Counted from the stretch's first letter, positions 1 to 10,784 are shown. The stretch: DNA of 64,000 nucleotides from Gammaproteobacteria bacterium (GCA_035546635.1 DASZWJ010000019.1:37386-101385); one strand, 5' to 3'. A program made the numbers and translations. The notes: generated by a model not told the origin, from the letters alone.

Positions 1-1203
1 GTTATCATTTTCGTTGGTGAATGGAAAGATTTTTTTGGGTTACCCATTCATCTGCCGCTGGATATGCCCTTTTATCAGAAATTATGGATGCTGATAAAAG
101 CTCTGCCGCATTTTGATTGGGCTACTACGGCGTTAGCTGCTCTCAGTGTGTTATTAGTTCTCTTCTCTCCTAAATTACTCAAGCGAGTCCCAAGCCCACT
201 TATCGCTATGGTGGTGACTACAGCACTACAAGCTATTTTTCATTTTCAAAATGTCAACACGCTAGGAAAAGCCTTTGGCGGGATTCCACATCATCTTCCG
301 CATTTTACTTTACCTGACCTAACACGCATGCATACCAATTTAATCTGGCCGGCGTTTACTATCGCGTTATTGGGTGCGATTGAATCATTATTGTCTGCAG
401 CTGCAGCTGATAGTATGGCTAATACTCGACACGATTCGAACCAGGAATTAATAGGCCAAGGATTGGCTAATATTATTGCACCGTTGTTTGGTGGATTCGC
501 TGCAACCGGTGCTATTGCGCGAACCGCAACCAATATCCGTAACGGCGGTAACTGCCCTTTGGCAGCGATTATCCATGCCATGGTGCTGATATTGGTGTTG
601 GTGTTACTGGCGCCATTAGCCAGTGATATTCCGTTATGTACTTTAGCAGCAATCCTATTTGTCGTTGCTTATAACATGAGCGACATCCCGCATTTTGCAC
701 ACATTGTTCGACGCGCACCGCTTGCGGATGTCATGATCTTATTGGTTACCTTTTTATTGACTGTGTTGACCAATTTGGTGATTGCCGTCAATTTGGGTGT
801 CCTGCTTGCTATGATCTTTTTTATTCGCCGCATGCATCAATTTGTCGATGTAGAACTAACCACCGGCAACGCAATACAACTTTCAGAAGACATTCTCATC
901 TATACGATTCAAGGACCTGTCTTTTTTGGGGTAGCAGAAAAGGTTGAACATGCATTAGCGGTAACGCATACTGATCCTGAAATAGTCATTTTTCGTCTTA
1001 AAAACATGCCTTTCATAGACATGACGGGTTTAGAAACATTTGATGAAATCGTCCAGAAATATCACCAGCGTGGTATTAAAGTATATCTATGTGAAGCAAA
1101 TGCCCGAGTTAGTCGTAAATTAGCGAATATTAGTTTATTGCGCTGGGTGGAGGAAAAAAAGATTTTTGACTCTATGGAAGAAATCATTTCTCAAGCGCTT
1201 TAA
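1..1203 (+). CDS. SulP-family anion permease, C-terminal part with STAS domain (5' end outside window)
   Basis: The frame is open from nt 1 (VIIFVGEWKDFFGLPIHLPLD...). It shows SulP transmembrane segments (GGFAATGAIARTATN) and a C-terminal STAS-like domain. Confidence 0.75.
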   Translation, partial: VIIFVGEWKDFFGLPIHLPLDMPFYQKLWMLIKALPHFDWATTALAALSVLLVLFSPKLLKRVPSPLIAMVVTTALQAIFHFQNVNTLGKAFGGIPHHLPHFTLPDLTRMHTNLIWPAFTIALLGAIESLLSAAAADSMANTRHDSNQELIGQGLANIIAPLFGGFAATGAIARTATNIRNGGNCPLAAIIHAMVLILVLVLLAPLASDIPLCTLAAILFVVAYNMSDIPHFAHIVRRAPLADVMILLVTFLLTVLTNLVIAVNLGVLLAMIFFIRRMHQFVDVELTTGNAIQLSEDILIYTIQGPVFFGVAEKVEHALAVTHTDPEIVIFRLKNMPFIDMTGLETFDEIVQKYHQRGIKVYLCEANARVSRKLANISLLRWVEEKKIFDSMEEIISQAL

Positions 1204-1356
1204 GTATAATTGTTGTGCATTCCCTTCGCGGGATTAATATATTATTTATTCAAAAATAAATTCTCCAATGTTTATATCAGCAGAAATACTAAGTTGCGGA
1301 ATTCAAGGTAATTCTTATATCTGGTACTACGAACTTGAGAGTTCCCCTATCAAAGC

Positions 1357-1794
1357 TTAATTCATGGCATTTTCTAAGTTTGCAATCACTTTTTTTAACA
1401 GTAGATGCAGCGTCTCTTGCTCGTTTTTTGTAAATCCTTCAGTTCCAATTTTATTAATCTTCAAAGCACAGGCGATAACATCATTTTGTAATTGTTGCGC
1501 CTTTGGAGTTAGAAATATTTTAATTGCGCGACGATCAGTCGTGCTGCGAACACGCGTGATTAAATTGTCTCTTTCCATTCTGTCGAGGGTTCTAACAGCA
1601 GCTGGCTGTTCAATGCCAATTTTGCGGCATAATTCAGCTTGGGTCTGTTCATTCTTGTCCCATAATTGTACTAAAAAAGGGGTGTAGGCGTGGGTAATAC
1701 CGCGTTTTTTTAGCCATTGATTAGACAGGCGCACAAATAAAGCACTGGTTTTTTTAGTCAGGGCGGAAGTGCTGATATTGGGATTATAACGCAT
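1357..1794 (-). CDS. MarR-family transcriptional regulator
   Basis: 145 aa with a winged-helix MarR signature (IGIEQPAAVRTLDRMERDNLITRVRSTTDRRAIKIFLTPKA). Confidence 0.8.
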   Translation of the reverse strand: MRYNPNISTSALTKKTSALFVRLSNQWLKKRGITHAYTPFLVQLWDKNEQTQAELCRKIGIEQPAAVRTLDRMERDNLITRVRSTTDRRAIKIFLTPKAQQLQNDVIACALKINKIGTEGFTKNEQETLHLLLKKVIANLENAMN

Positions 1795-1894
1795 AAAGAC
1801 ACTCCTATTGCTGAAGCAGATTTATCTTGACTAAAATGAATAACATGTTATATAATAACTTATTAATCATGAGTATAACTAATACTTAAAGCAT

Positions 1895-3103
1895 ATGAAA
1901 GATTGTCAATTTAATAAAAGATCAATAATCCTTATGTGTTTCGCGATGGCGGCACTTACCCAGGCGGCATTAGTACTTTATACGCCAGCATTTTTACAAA
2001 TTGCCGCACAATTTCAAATCTCAAGCAGTCAGGTTAGATTTACTTTAGCAGCTTATTTATTAGGCTTTGGGTTAGCACAGTTACCTTATGGTATTTTATC
2101 TGACCATTATGGAAGAAAAAAGCTTATCATCATAGGCTTGGTTATATTTTCACTTGGCTGTATTTTGAGTCTTTTGGCGCATTCCTATGTGGAATTATTG
2201 TCTTCTAGGATTATTCAGGGTGTTGGTGCGGGCTCTTGTATGACGTTGAGTCGTGCTATTATGCGAGATTGTTTCACGGGTAGCGATTATGTTAAAGGAA
2301 TTACTTATTTATCTTCAGGATTCGCTTTCGGTTTAGGTATTACGCCAGTGATTGGTGGGCACTTATTAGATTATTTCTCCTGGCGATCTGAATTTGTATT
2401 TTTATTGATCTGTGGCCTGCTGCTATTGACCAGCGTTTGGACATTTCTTCCAGAAACGGTTAAATTACAATCTATCAAATTACCTACCAAAGTTTTTTTT
2501 CAACAAACAGTTAGACCTTTAATTTCTGTACTAAAATCAAAAGGCTTTGCTTGTTATCTGGTTGGGGGTGTCGCCGCTTATGGTGTCATTATCACTTATA
2601 ACACTATGGCACCTTTTTTATTGCAAAAAACGCTAGCCATTAGTTCAGCCCAATTTGGTTGGTTAACGTTGATTGTGGCGGCTACTTATTACTTAGCTAC
2701 TTCATTCAATCGGTATTTTCTTAAGTTTGTTAGTGTTGAAAACCTATTAAGAATCGGCTTGGCATTGATTTTTTTAGCTGGTATCAGTTTGTTGTTAAGC
2801 AAAATTTATTTCAATGTCATTAATGTTTATGTGATTTTGATTCCGATGTTGTTTGCAACCTTTGGGCAAGCTCTAATTTGGTCAATCAGCATAGCATTTG
2901 CTTTGAAAGATTTATCACATATTGCGGGAACAGCTTCGGCGTTGTTTAGCTCTCTACAGATGTTATTGTCTGCTTTATTATCGGCAATTATTGCTGTGCC
3001 AGCGGAACAAGATCAAATTCCGATGGCTGTGGTGGTCATTTTTTTAGCGATAATATCCTGGGTAAGTTTCCGATTTGTAAAATTACCAAAATCAAAGAGG
3101 TAA
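1895..3103 (+). CDS. MFS transporter (DHA1/Bcr-CflA-like drug efflux)
   Basis: 402 aa, 12 predicted TM segments, with an MFS motif (GILSDHYGRKKLIIIG). Confidence 0.8.
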   Translation: MKDCQFNKRSIILMCFAMAALTQAALVLYTPAFLQIAAQFQISSSQVRFTLAAYLLGFGLAQLPYGILSDHYGRKKLIIIGLVIFSLGCILSLLAHSYVELLSSRIIQGVGAGSCMTLSRAIMRDCFTGSDYVKGITYLSSGFAFGLGITPVIGGHLLDYFSWRSEFVFLLICGLLLLTSVWTFLPETVKLQSIKLPTKVFFQQTVRPLISVLKSKGFACYLVGGVAAYGVIITYNTMAPFLLQKTLAISSAQFGWLTLIVAATYYLATSFNRYFLKFVSVENLLRIGLALIFLAGISLLLSKIYFNVINVYVILIPMLFATFGQALIWSISIAFALKDLSHIAGTASALFSSLQMLLSALLSAIIAVPAEQDQIPMAVVVIFLAIISWVSFRFVKLPKSKR

Positions 3104-3107
3104 AAAT

Positions 3108-3473
3108 ATGTATACTGAAAAATTATTTTCTTACGGTACTTTGCGTCAGGAGTCGGTGCAGCTGGAAAAATTTAGACGAAAATTGGACGGTATGGCAGAT
3201 ACTTTAAAAGGGTTTAGTTTATCTATGGTTGAAATTAAAGATCCACAAGTGGTGGCGATTAGCGGGCAGGCTTCGCATCCAATTCTTAATTATACGGGTA
3301 ATGCTACCGATCATATTGAAGGAATGGTATTTGATGTAACCGCAGAGGAATTGAAACAAGCAGACGCCTATGAAACTAAAGATTACCGCCGTGTCAGTGT
3401 GCAGCTTACTTCAGGGTTGACTGCTTGGGTATATGTAAATGCGAATTCTCCGGTCAACTTCGACTCTGTTTAA
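3108..3473 (+). CDS. gamma-glutamylcyclotransferase-like (AIG2/GGCT family) protein
   Basis: 121 aa with an N-terminal YGTL motif (LFSYGTLRQ) typical of GGCT/AIG2. The RBS AAGAGG precedes it. Confidence 0.6.
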   Translation: MYTEKLFSYGTLRQESVQLEKFRRKLDGMADTLKGFSLSMVEIKDPQVVAISGQASHPILNYTGNATDHIEGMVFDVTAEELKQADAYETKDYRRVSVQLTSGLTAWVYVNANSPVNFDSV

Positions 3474-4386
3474 ACAGTTTAAACGCCTCCATAGTTGCTG
3501 CAAAACTAGCAGGCACGGCATATTGATTAATAAAACCATGAACCATTCCCGATGCTTCATGAAGTAAAACAACATTGCCTGCTTCCTGTAGCTTTTTCGC
3601 ATAAGCAAAACCTTCATCACGCAAAGGATCGCATTCGGCTGGGATAATGACAGCCGGCGGTAATCCCGCTAAATTATCGATCTTCATCGGATAAGTAGGG
3701 AAAGCTGCAGGTTTATTTTGGCTGCGAAAATGTTGGTCGAACCATTGCATACCTGCGGTAGTCAGTGAATAACCTTGGGCATATTGATTGTAAGAATTAC
3801 GTGAGAGATCGTTATCCACCCAGGGATAAAACAACCACTGCCCATCAATTTTCGGTCCTTTTCGATCTCGTGATAAGATGCTAACCATAGTGGCTAAATG
3901 AGCGCCAGCACTGTCACCGACCACTATGATATGTTTATCATCGAGATCCAATTTTTTCCGTTGTGTTGCTACCCATTCTAGTGCTGCATAACCATCTTCT
4001 ATTGGGGTTGGAAATGGATATTCCGGTGCAAGACGATAATCCACGGATACAATGTTTGCTCCTAACTCCGCACACATCCAGCGACAGAAAACATCATAAG
4101 CTTGTAGATTGCTGAGCACATAACCACCGCCATGATAAAAAATAATGGTGGCATCAAAGCTGGTAGTGGAGGGTTGATAAACCCGTAGTGTTATTTGTTG
4201 TCCCGATTCGCGTGGTAGAGAGTGATCGTAGGTTTTTACATCTGGAATTGGTTGCGGGAATTTGCGTAAACTAGCGTAATAATCTGATTGTGCACGCGCT
4301 TCTGCTACGGTTAGTCCCGACACTTCTTTCCAACCAGATGCATACAGTTGGTCCAGCATCTGTTGAATTTGTGGGTGTAATGGCAT
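3454..4386 (-). CDS. alpha/beta hydrolase, HSL-type esterase/lipase (Aes-like)
   Basis: HGGGY oxyanion motif (IIFYHGGGYV) and GDSAG nucleophile elbow (VVGDSAGAHL). Confidence 0.85.
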   Translation of the reverse strand: MPLHPQIQQMLDQLYASGWKEVSGLTVAEARAQSDYYASLRKFPQPIPDVKTYDHSLPRESGQQITLRVYQPSTTSFDATIIFYHGGGYVLSNLQAYDVFCRWMCAELGANIVSVDYRLAPEYPFPTPIEDGYAALEWVATQRKKLDLDDKHIIVVGDSAGAHLATMVSILSRDRKGPKIDGQWLFYPWVDNDLSRNSYNQYAQGYSLTTAGMQWFDQHFRSQNKPAAFPTYPMKIDNLAGLPPAVIIPAECDPLRDEGFAYAKKLQEAGNVVLLHEASGMVHGFINQYAVPASFAATMEAFKLFKQSRS

Positions 4387-4628
4387 AAGTTTTTTCTCAA
4401 ATAAAAAATGGATTATGAAAGCGTGCAGCGTATCTTTAAATATTATAATTTCAATTGAAATTTATCTGTTGTCAATTTACCAGATAATATCGATAAACTC
4501 CAGTAACTTGCTATGAAATAAAATTTCTTCAAATTATTTTTTTAATAGTTAAATCCTAAGTTTTGTTTTTGGCTGGGTTGATGATATTATTCAAAGCCAC
4601 AAAACAGGTTGCAATTTGGAATAATACT

Positions 4629-5450
4629 ATGATTAATATTCAATCGCTAAAATTGATTTACGGCACTGCATGGAAAGGTGCTAAAACTACAGGACTTGTC
4701 AAGCAAGCCGTTGCAGCTGGGTTTTTTGCAATCGATACGGCCAATCAACCTAAGCATTACTCAGAATCACTAGTGGGTGAAGCCTTGTTGCAATTGCAAG
4801 CCACGGGTGTTCATCGTCAGCAATTATTTTTGCAAACTAAATTTACACCGGTGGATGGGCATGATGAAAATATTCCTTATAATCCATCCGAAGACTACAC
4901 CACGCAAGTCCTCACTTCATTCCATAGTTCGTTAAAGCATTTGCATACTGATTATCTGGACTCCTATTTATTGCATGGTCCTTATGTCGCAGTTGGACTC
5001 AGTGATGCAGATTGGCAAGTTTGGCAAGCCATAGAATCATTATATGATTCTGGTCAAGCTAAATTAATTGGCGTTAGCAATGTGAATATTAAGCAGCTGG
5101 AGTTATTAACTAATCATGCTCGAATAAAGCCTATGGTAGTGCAAAATCGCTGTTTTGCTAGTTATGGATGGGATAAGCAAGTTAGGGAGTTTTGTTGTGC
5201 CAATGATATTATTTATCAAGGATTTTCGTTGTTAACTGCTAATTTACCCGTATTAGAAAGTGCGGCTGTGTCAAACCTTGCAAATCATTACAATAAAACT
5301 CCTGCGCAAGTTATATTTAGATTCGCTCAACAACTTGGAATCCTTCCCTTAACAGGCACTACCGATTTGCAACATATGCGCGAAGATTTACACCTCGATA
5401 ATTTTACATTGACGGAAGAAGATAAAATGATGATTGGGAAATTGAGTTGA
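4629..5450 (+). CDS. aldo/keto reductase family oxidoreductase
   Basis: AKR motifs IDTANQPKHYSESLVGEAL and LIYGTAWKG. The ORF is open from 4563, but the ATG at 4629 (MINIQS) is the likely start. Confidence 0.7.
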   Translation: MINIQSLKLIYGTAWKGAKTTGLVKQAVAAGFFAIDTANQPKHYSESLVGEALLQLQATGVHRQQLFLQTKFTPVDGHDENIPYNPSEDYTTQVLTSFHSSLKHLHTDYLDSYLLHGPYVAVGLSDADWQVWQAIESLYDSGQAKLIGVSNVNIKQLELLTNHARIKPMVVQNRCFASYGWDKQVREFCCANDIIYQGFSLLTANLPVLESAAVSNLANHYNKTPAQVIFRFAQQLGILPLTGTTDLQHMREDLHLDNFTLTEEDKMMIGKLS

Positions 5451-5497
5451 TTTTTTTCTGTCTATGTCAGTGAAGCCTTAGAGATTTAGGTGCAAAT

Positions 5498-7105
5498 ATG
5501 CCAAAAAATCTGAAAAATTTTTGGGTTTCCTTATTTTTCCTAATCGGAATATTCTTGCCCAATGCTTATTCCGCAGTTGATGCACAACAACAGGAAGTTA
5601 AAGCCAATTCTTTGCTGGCGCAACATACTCCGGTATTAAATTATATTCAAAAGACCTGGCCTACTTTAACTCGTTCACATGCACAATTATTACAAGCAGC
5701 AATTGATCCTAAATTAATTCCCTCTCCGCAAAAATGGATCGTATATATACCGACGCAGGAATCTTTAAGCAGAATTTCTACTGAATTAAAAACACAAATG
5801 TCTTCTGATGATTTTCAGAAAATTGTCCTTAAGAAATTACCCGCTGATATCAATCATGTTCCTCCTGGTTTACTTTATTTGCCTTACCCTTATGTGGTTC
5901 CGGGCGGGATGTTTAATGAAATGTATGGTTGGGACAGTTATTTTATCATTTTAGGATTATTAAAATCTCAACAAATCACGTTGGCTAAAAATATAGTGGA
6001 TAATTTTATTTATGAGATAATTTTTTATGGAAAAATATTGAATTCCAATCGGACATTTCATTTAGAAAGATCACAACCGCCGTTGTTAACTGAAATGATT
6101 TTGGCGGTTTATGATAAAACTCAGGATAAAAATTGGCTAAAATCTACTTTGCCGGCAATTGAAAAATTTTATACTTACTGGATAACCCCACCGCATTTAA
6201 TTTCTGAATTAGGTTTATCACGTTATTATGCTGAGGGCAAAGGTCCCGCGTATGAAGTGACTATGCCGGATAAATTGACGGGCAAACTATTTTATAATGA
6301 GGTGAAAAATTATTACCGTCAATATCCTGTATCCGACTACGATGTCAACTTATATTATAATAAAGAGAAAAATCAATTAACCGAGTTTTATTATATTAAC
6401 GATCGAACATTGAGAGAGTCAGGGTTTGATTTAACAGGACAATATGGGGCTTTCGGTGCGATGATTACAGATTATGCTCCAGTGACGCTTAATTCTTTGT
6501 TGTACAAAATGGAAGTAGACACCCAAAAAATTTACACTCTTTTAGGAGATTTAAACCAAGCGCAAATATGGCAACAAAGAGCGAAAAAACGCGCAGCGCT
6601 GATGAATCGCTATCTGTGGGATAATATGACAGGTTATTATTTTGATTATAATTTTAAAACCAAACAAACTAGGCCTTATATTGACGCCAGTACTTTTTAT
6701 CCGTTATGGGCAGGTGTTGCTTCTTCTGAACAAGCCAAGCGGATCGTAGAGAATTTACCTGCATTAGAGACGCATTGTGGTGTGGTTACGAGCCGTTATG
6801 TCACGCATATGCAGTGGGATGCACCTTATGGTTGGGCGCCTTTACAGTACTTTGCTGTCACGGGACTTGCCAATTATGGATATGATAACGATGCGCGCCG
6901 GATTGCACAGAAGTGGAATCATCTAATTGATGAAGATTTTGCTAAGCATGGAAAGATTGTAGAAAAGTATGACTTGTATCGTTGTAGCTCAGAGTTAACC
7001 ATTCGCTACGGTTATTCCAGCAATGAGGCAGGATTTGGCTGGACAAATGGTGTCTATTTGTTTTTTAGGGATTTTTTGAATCCAGGCCGAGACCAGCTAC
7101 AGTAA
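5498..7105 (+). CDS. treA: periplasmic trehalase (GH37)
   Basis: Signal peptide, then trehalase signature 1 (PGGMFNEMYGWDSYF) and signature 2 (QWDAPYGWAPLQ). Confidence 0.9.
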   Translation: MPKNLKNFWVSLFFLIGIFLPNAYSAVDAQQQEVKANSLLAQHTPVLNYIQKTWPTLTRSHAQLLQAAIDPKLIPSPQKWIVYIPTQESLSRISTELKTQMSSDDFQKIVLKKLPADINHVPPGLLYLPYPYVVPGGMFNEMYGWDSYFIILGLLKSQQITLAKNIVDNFIYEIIFYGKILNSNRTFHLERSQPPLLTEMILAVYDKTQDKNWLKSTLPAIEKFYTYWITPPHLISELGLSRYYAEGKGPAYEVTMPDKLTGKLFYNEVKNYYRQYPVSDYDVNLYYNKEKNQLTEFYYINDRTLRESGFDLTGQYGAFGAMITDYAPVTLNSLLYKMEVDTQKIYTLLGDLNQAQIWQQRAKKRAALMNRYLWDNMTGYYFDYNFKTKQTRPYIDASTFYPLWAGVASSEQAKRIVENLPALETHCGVVTSRYVTHMQWDAPYGWAPLQYFAVTGLANYGYDNDARRIAQKWNHLIDEDFAKHGKIVEKYDLYRCSSELTIRYGYSSNEAGFGWTNGVYLFFRDFLNPGRDQLQ

Positions 7106-7142
7106 ACTAATTGTTGTGTTAAGCGCCAATTAGTTATACTAT

Positions 7143-8348
7143 ATGGATACGAATTTAAATTCGGTAAATTATATGTATCAACGAATTCTGCAAATCAATC
7201 TTCCCGCAAGGCAATCCACCTTCTTATGGGGAGCAAGGCAAACCGGAAAATCTTCCTTCCTTAAAAATCATTATCCTGATTCAGTCTATTATGACTTATT
7301 AGATACTCATCGCATGCTACAATTCCTCAGGTCACCGTATTTGTTAAGAGAAGAAATATTAAGCCTAGATAAAAAAAAACTAAAACAGCCTATTATTATT
7401 GATGAAATACAAAAAGTTCCTGAATTACTCAATGAAGTGCATTGGCTAATAGAAAACAAGTACGCTCAATTTATTCTATGTGGATCAAGTGCGCGAAAGT
7501 TAAAAACCCAAAGCACTAATTTGCTAGGTGGCAGAGCCTGGCAATATCATTTTTACCCCTTGGTGTTTCCCGAAATACCCGATTTTGATTTATTAAAAGC
7601 ATTACAACAAGGACTAATCCCCAATCACTATTTAGCCGATCCATCCTTTATCAATGACCATTTACAAGCTTATATCGATATTTATCTTACGGATGAAATC
7701 CGCAACGAAGGTTTAGTCAGGAATCTCGCTGGTTTTGCACGATTTCTTGATGTCGCCGGCATGTGCAATGGGGAAATTATTAATGTCAGCAATATAGCTC
7801 GGGATTGTGGGGTTGATCGACATACTGCGCAAGGATTTTATCAAATTCTGGTAGATACCTTATTAGGATACTTTATTTATCCGTATCGCCAAAAAATTAA
7901 ACGCGACATTATTGTGGCCGCACCAAAATTTTATTTATTTGATGTGGGTGTAGCAAATTATCTAGCACGTCAAACTTTAACCGACTTAAAAGGGACAGTG
8001 GCTGGAAAAAGCTTTGAACATTATATTTTTATGGAATTAATGGCCTATTTGAAATTAAAGCGCATGCGTATCGATATAGCTTATTGGCGTACGAAAACTG
8101 GTTTAGAGGTAGATTTTATTTTAGGAAAAGCTGATGTTGCTATTGAAGTTAAAATTAGCGAGCAAGTACATCAGGAAGATTTAAAAGGGTTAATTGCTTT
8201 TTGTGAAGAATATCCAAAAGCTAAAGCTTATGTTGTTTCTCAGGATAAAAAGACTAGGTTGCTTCAAATAAATGACAACCTCAATATTAACATCATGCCG
8301 TGGAAAATTTTCTTAAATGAATTATGGCAAGGTAGGATTATTTCTTAA
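7143..8348 (+). CDS. AAA-family ATPase (DUF4143-type ATP-binding protein)
   Basis: Walker A (GARQTGKSSFL) and Walker B (IIIDEIQ). The architecture is common for this orphan ATPase family. Confidence 0.7.
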   Translation: MDTNLNSVNYMYQRILQINLPARQSTFLWGARQTGKSSFLKNHYPDSVYYDLLDTHRMLQFLRSPYLLREEILSLDKKKLKQPIIIDEIQKVPELLNEVHWLIENKYAQFILCGSSARKLKTQSTNLLGGRAWQYHFYPLVFPEIPDFDLLKALQQGLIPNHYLADPSFINDHLQAYIDIYLTDEIRNEGLVRNLAGFARFLDVAGMCNGEIINVSNIARDCGVDRHTAQGFYQILVDTLLGYFIYPYRQKIKRDIIVAAPKFYLFDVGVANYLARQTLTDLKGTVAGKSFEHYIFMELMAYLKLKRMRIDIAYWRTKTGLEVDFILGKADVAIEVKISEQVHQEDLKGLIAFCEEYPKAKAYVVSQDKKTRLLQINDNLNINIMPWKIFLNELWQGRIIS

Positions 8349-8539
8349 GTTTATAAGACTTTGATGTTTTTATATTGCATTGTGTGTCTATCTTTTCAGG
8401 GCTAAGTATCCATCCAGTCATTTAATTTGAAAAAATACCTATCCAGTGTTACGATTGCGGTTTGGCTAATTTTTAAACAATTGGTGCGCTCCCACTCATC
8501 AGGGTTATCTTCCACTTTCCATATGCTGGAGACCTAAAA

Positions 8540-10183
8540 ATGGATGAAACATCTGTAACACTGAATCCCACCGCGGTCATCTCTACCGGGCAGGCAGAGG
8601 CTGATGCTACTGGACTGAAACGCTCGATTGGCTTGGTGCAATTAACTTTTATTGGTATCAGCTCTATTATCGGCTCAGGTTGGTTATTTGGTGCCTATCA
8701 TAGCGCAAAGATTGCAGGTCCAGCCGCATTGCTATCTTGGATGATCGGCGCTTTCGCCTTATTGTTAATTGCCCTTACCGTCGCTGAGGTAGGCACCCGT
8801 TTTGCTCAGTCTGGTGGTATCGCGCGCTATTTGGAATATACCCATGGCTCCTTAACCGGTTTTTTGAGCGGGTGGGTTAACTGGTTAGGCATTGTGGCGG
8901 CTATTCCGACTGAAGCGGCTGCTTCGGTGCAATATTTAAGTTCTATCCATGGGTTTAAAAATTTATTTGACGCTGGAACTGGCAGTATGAGCACCACCGG
9001 CTTGTCGGTAGCCAGTGTTTTGATGTTGGTGTATTTTTTTCTTAACTATTGGACATTGCAGTTATTCCTGCGTTCCATGACAGTGGTCACTATTTTTAAA
9101 TTGATTGTGCCCCTTTTGTCAGCCGGTGCGATTATATGGGCTGGATTCCAGCCGGGTAATTTTGGCAATAATTGGCAGACTTTTGCGCCGAATGGAATAG
9201 ATTCAGTATTTATCGCGGTGGCTGCTGGCGGAATTATTTTTGCATTCAATGGTTTTCAGTCTATTGTGAATTTTGCAGGGGAAGCGAAAAATCCACACCG
9301 TAATATACCGATTGCTTTAGTTTCTTCTATTCTAATTTGTCTATTAATTTATTTAGTGTTACAAGCTGGATTTATAGGAGCTTTAAATGGGCAAGATATG
9401 GCGCATGGCTGGCAGGGTCTGAATTTTAATTCTCCGTTTGTACAATTGGCGCTGAGTTTTAATCTCAACTTGATCGCTTTGTTGCTTTATATTGATGCTG
9501 TGGTTTCACCTTCAGGTACAGGTATTACTTATATGGGTTCGACTGCGCGAATGTTATTTGGTATGCAACGTTGTGGTTATATGCCGGAAGCATTTGGTCA
9601 ATTGCATCCTAAGTACGCTATTCCGCGTAATGCCTTGTGGGTGAGTCTGATTTTGGGATTTGTTTTTTTATGGATATTTCGTGGCTGGGGACATTTGGCC
9701 AGTGTTATTTCTATTTTGCATACTATTTCGTATGTCGCAGGGCCGATGGCGGTAGTCGGTTTGCGGCGTATTGCACCATCCTGGCGTAGCCCCTGTCAGA
9801 TACCTGGGATGCGTGTCATTGCCTTTGTTGCCTTTATAATTATGTCGCTGATTATTTTCTGGTCACGCTGGCCTTTAAACGGACAAGTGTTGTTTGTGAT
9901 CTTTGCGGGGTTGTTTATTTATCTCTTTTACCAATTTAAAAATGGTTTAACTGGCATTAGTCAACATCTGAAAAGCGGTTGTTGGTTGGTTGCTTATTTA
10001 TTGGTTATGGCGTTGTTATCTTGGTTGGGTAGCACTAATTTTGGTGGTATCAATTTTTTAAAAGCGCCGTTTGATCAGTTAATGGTAGTGGCGGCGGCTG
10101 GGGTATTTTATTTCTGGGGTGCAAGGAGCGCTTGGAATACGCCGTTATTGCAGCAGTTTCGTCAGAATGGCCAGATGCTTTAG
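8540..10183 (+). CDS. APC-superfamily amino acid permease
   Basis: 547 aa, ~12-14 TM helices, with APC-like motifs (FIGISSIIGSGWLFG). Confidence 0.8.
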   Translation: MDETSVTLNPTAVISTGQAEADATGLKRSIGLVQLTFIGISSIIGSGWLFGAYHSAKIAGPAALLSWMIGAFALLLIALTVAEVGTRFAQSGGIARYLEYTHGSLTGFLSGWVNWLGIVAAIPTEAAASVQYLSSIHGFKNLFDAGTGSMSTTGLSVASVLMLVYFFLNYWTLQLFLRSMTVVTIFKLIVPLLSAGAIIWAGFQPGNFGNNWQTFAPNGIDSVFIAVAAGGIIFAFNGFQSIVNFAGEAKNPHRNIPIALVSSILICLLIYLVLQAGFIGALNGQDMAHGWQGLNFNSPFVQLALSFNLNLIALLLYIDAVVSPSGTGITYMGSTARMLFGMQRCGYMPEAFGQLHPKYAIPRNALWVSLILGFVFLWIFRGWGHLASVISILHTISYVAGPMAVVGLRRIAPSWRSPCQIPGMRVIAFVAFIIMSLIIFWSRWPLNGQVLFVIFAGLFIYLFYQFKNGLTGISQHLKSGCWLVAYLLVMALLSWLGSTNFGGINFLKAPFDQLMVVAAAGVFYFWGARSAWNTPLLQQFRQNGQML

Positions 10184-10190
10184 GCTATGA

Positions 10191-10218
10191 ATCTCCCCCC
10201 TTTTTCAAGGGGGCGAGA
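10191..10218. repeat. CCCCTTTTTCAAGGGGG hairpin (family member between convergent permease and ohr)
   Basis: ATCTCCCCCCTTTTTCAAGGGGGCGAGA. Similar copies at 20932 and 40435. Confidence 0.6.
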
Positions 10219-10238
10219 ACAGAATTTATTTGCCAGAC

Positions 10239-10664
10239 TTATAATACAGTCAAGCGCACTTCAATATTGCCACGAGTTGCATTGGAATATGGACATACCT
10301 GATGCGCCTTTTCTACTAGCATTTTAGCTTTTTCATGGTCTATCCCTGGTAAAGAAATTTGCAACTCAGCATTCAGCGCGAATGCATCCGAAACTGGACC
10401 AATGCCTATGATGGCGGTGATCTTGGCATCATGCGGAACGGCAATTTTTTCTTTTCCAGCAACCAATTTTAAGGCGCTGAGAAAACAGGCTGAATATCCT
10501 GCAGCAAAAAGCTGTTCTGGATTAGTGGCGCCGCCGGTGCCGCCTAGCTCTTTTTGTACCGCTAATTTAACATCTAGGATGCCATCGGAAGAAGTGGCGT
10601 GTCCATCTCGGCCTCCAGTTGTGGTAACTGTCGCCTGGTAAAGAACTTTTTCGGGTTTCATCAT
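10239..10664 (-). CDS. ohr: organic hydroperoxide resistance protein Ohr (OsmC/Ohr family)
   Basis: Ohr motifs ACFLSALKLVAG and CPYSNATRGNIEV. The start is chosen at the ATGATG preceded by AAGGAG (the ORF is open to 10706). Confidence 0.85.
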   Translation of the reverse strand: MMKPEKVLYQATVTTTGGRDGHATSSDGILDVKLAVQKELGGTGGATNPEQLFAAGYSACFLSALKLVAGKEKIAVPHDAKITAIIGIGPVSDAFALNAELQISLPGIDHEKAKMLVEKAHQVCPYSNATRGNIEVRLTVL

Positions 10665-10732
10665 AATCAATCTCCTTATTGTATGAAGTTCATTCGAGTA
10701 TATCATATGCCGTAGTCAATGTTGTGAATAAG

Positions 10733-10763
10733 ACAGTCATTCTTTGCGGCGGAAGGAATGACC
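10733..10763. repeat. GTCATCCT...AGGATGAC-family palindromic repeat
   Basis: ACAGTCATTCTTTGCGGCGGAAGGAATGACCAT. Confidence 0.6.
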
Positions 10764-10784
10764 ATCTAGTTCTTTCATTTGCGC

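Noticed and set aside
291-581. 96-aa minus-strand ORF inside the SulP gene (and the similar antisense ORFs 1364-1687, 9046-9249, 10402-10641, 10939-11448, 28377-28649, 30166-30390, 36464-36836, 45238-45471, 47708-47950, 59298-59651, 60773-61543, 62681-62920)
   Set aside because: Each lies entirely within a longer ORF on the opposite strand that carries clear domain signatures. The products have low-complexity or odd composition and no RBS.
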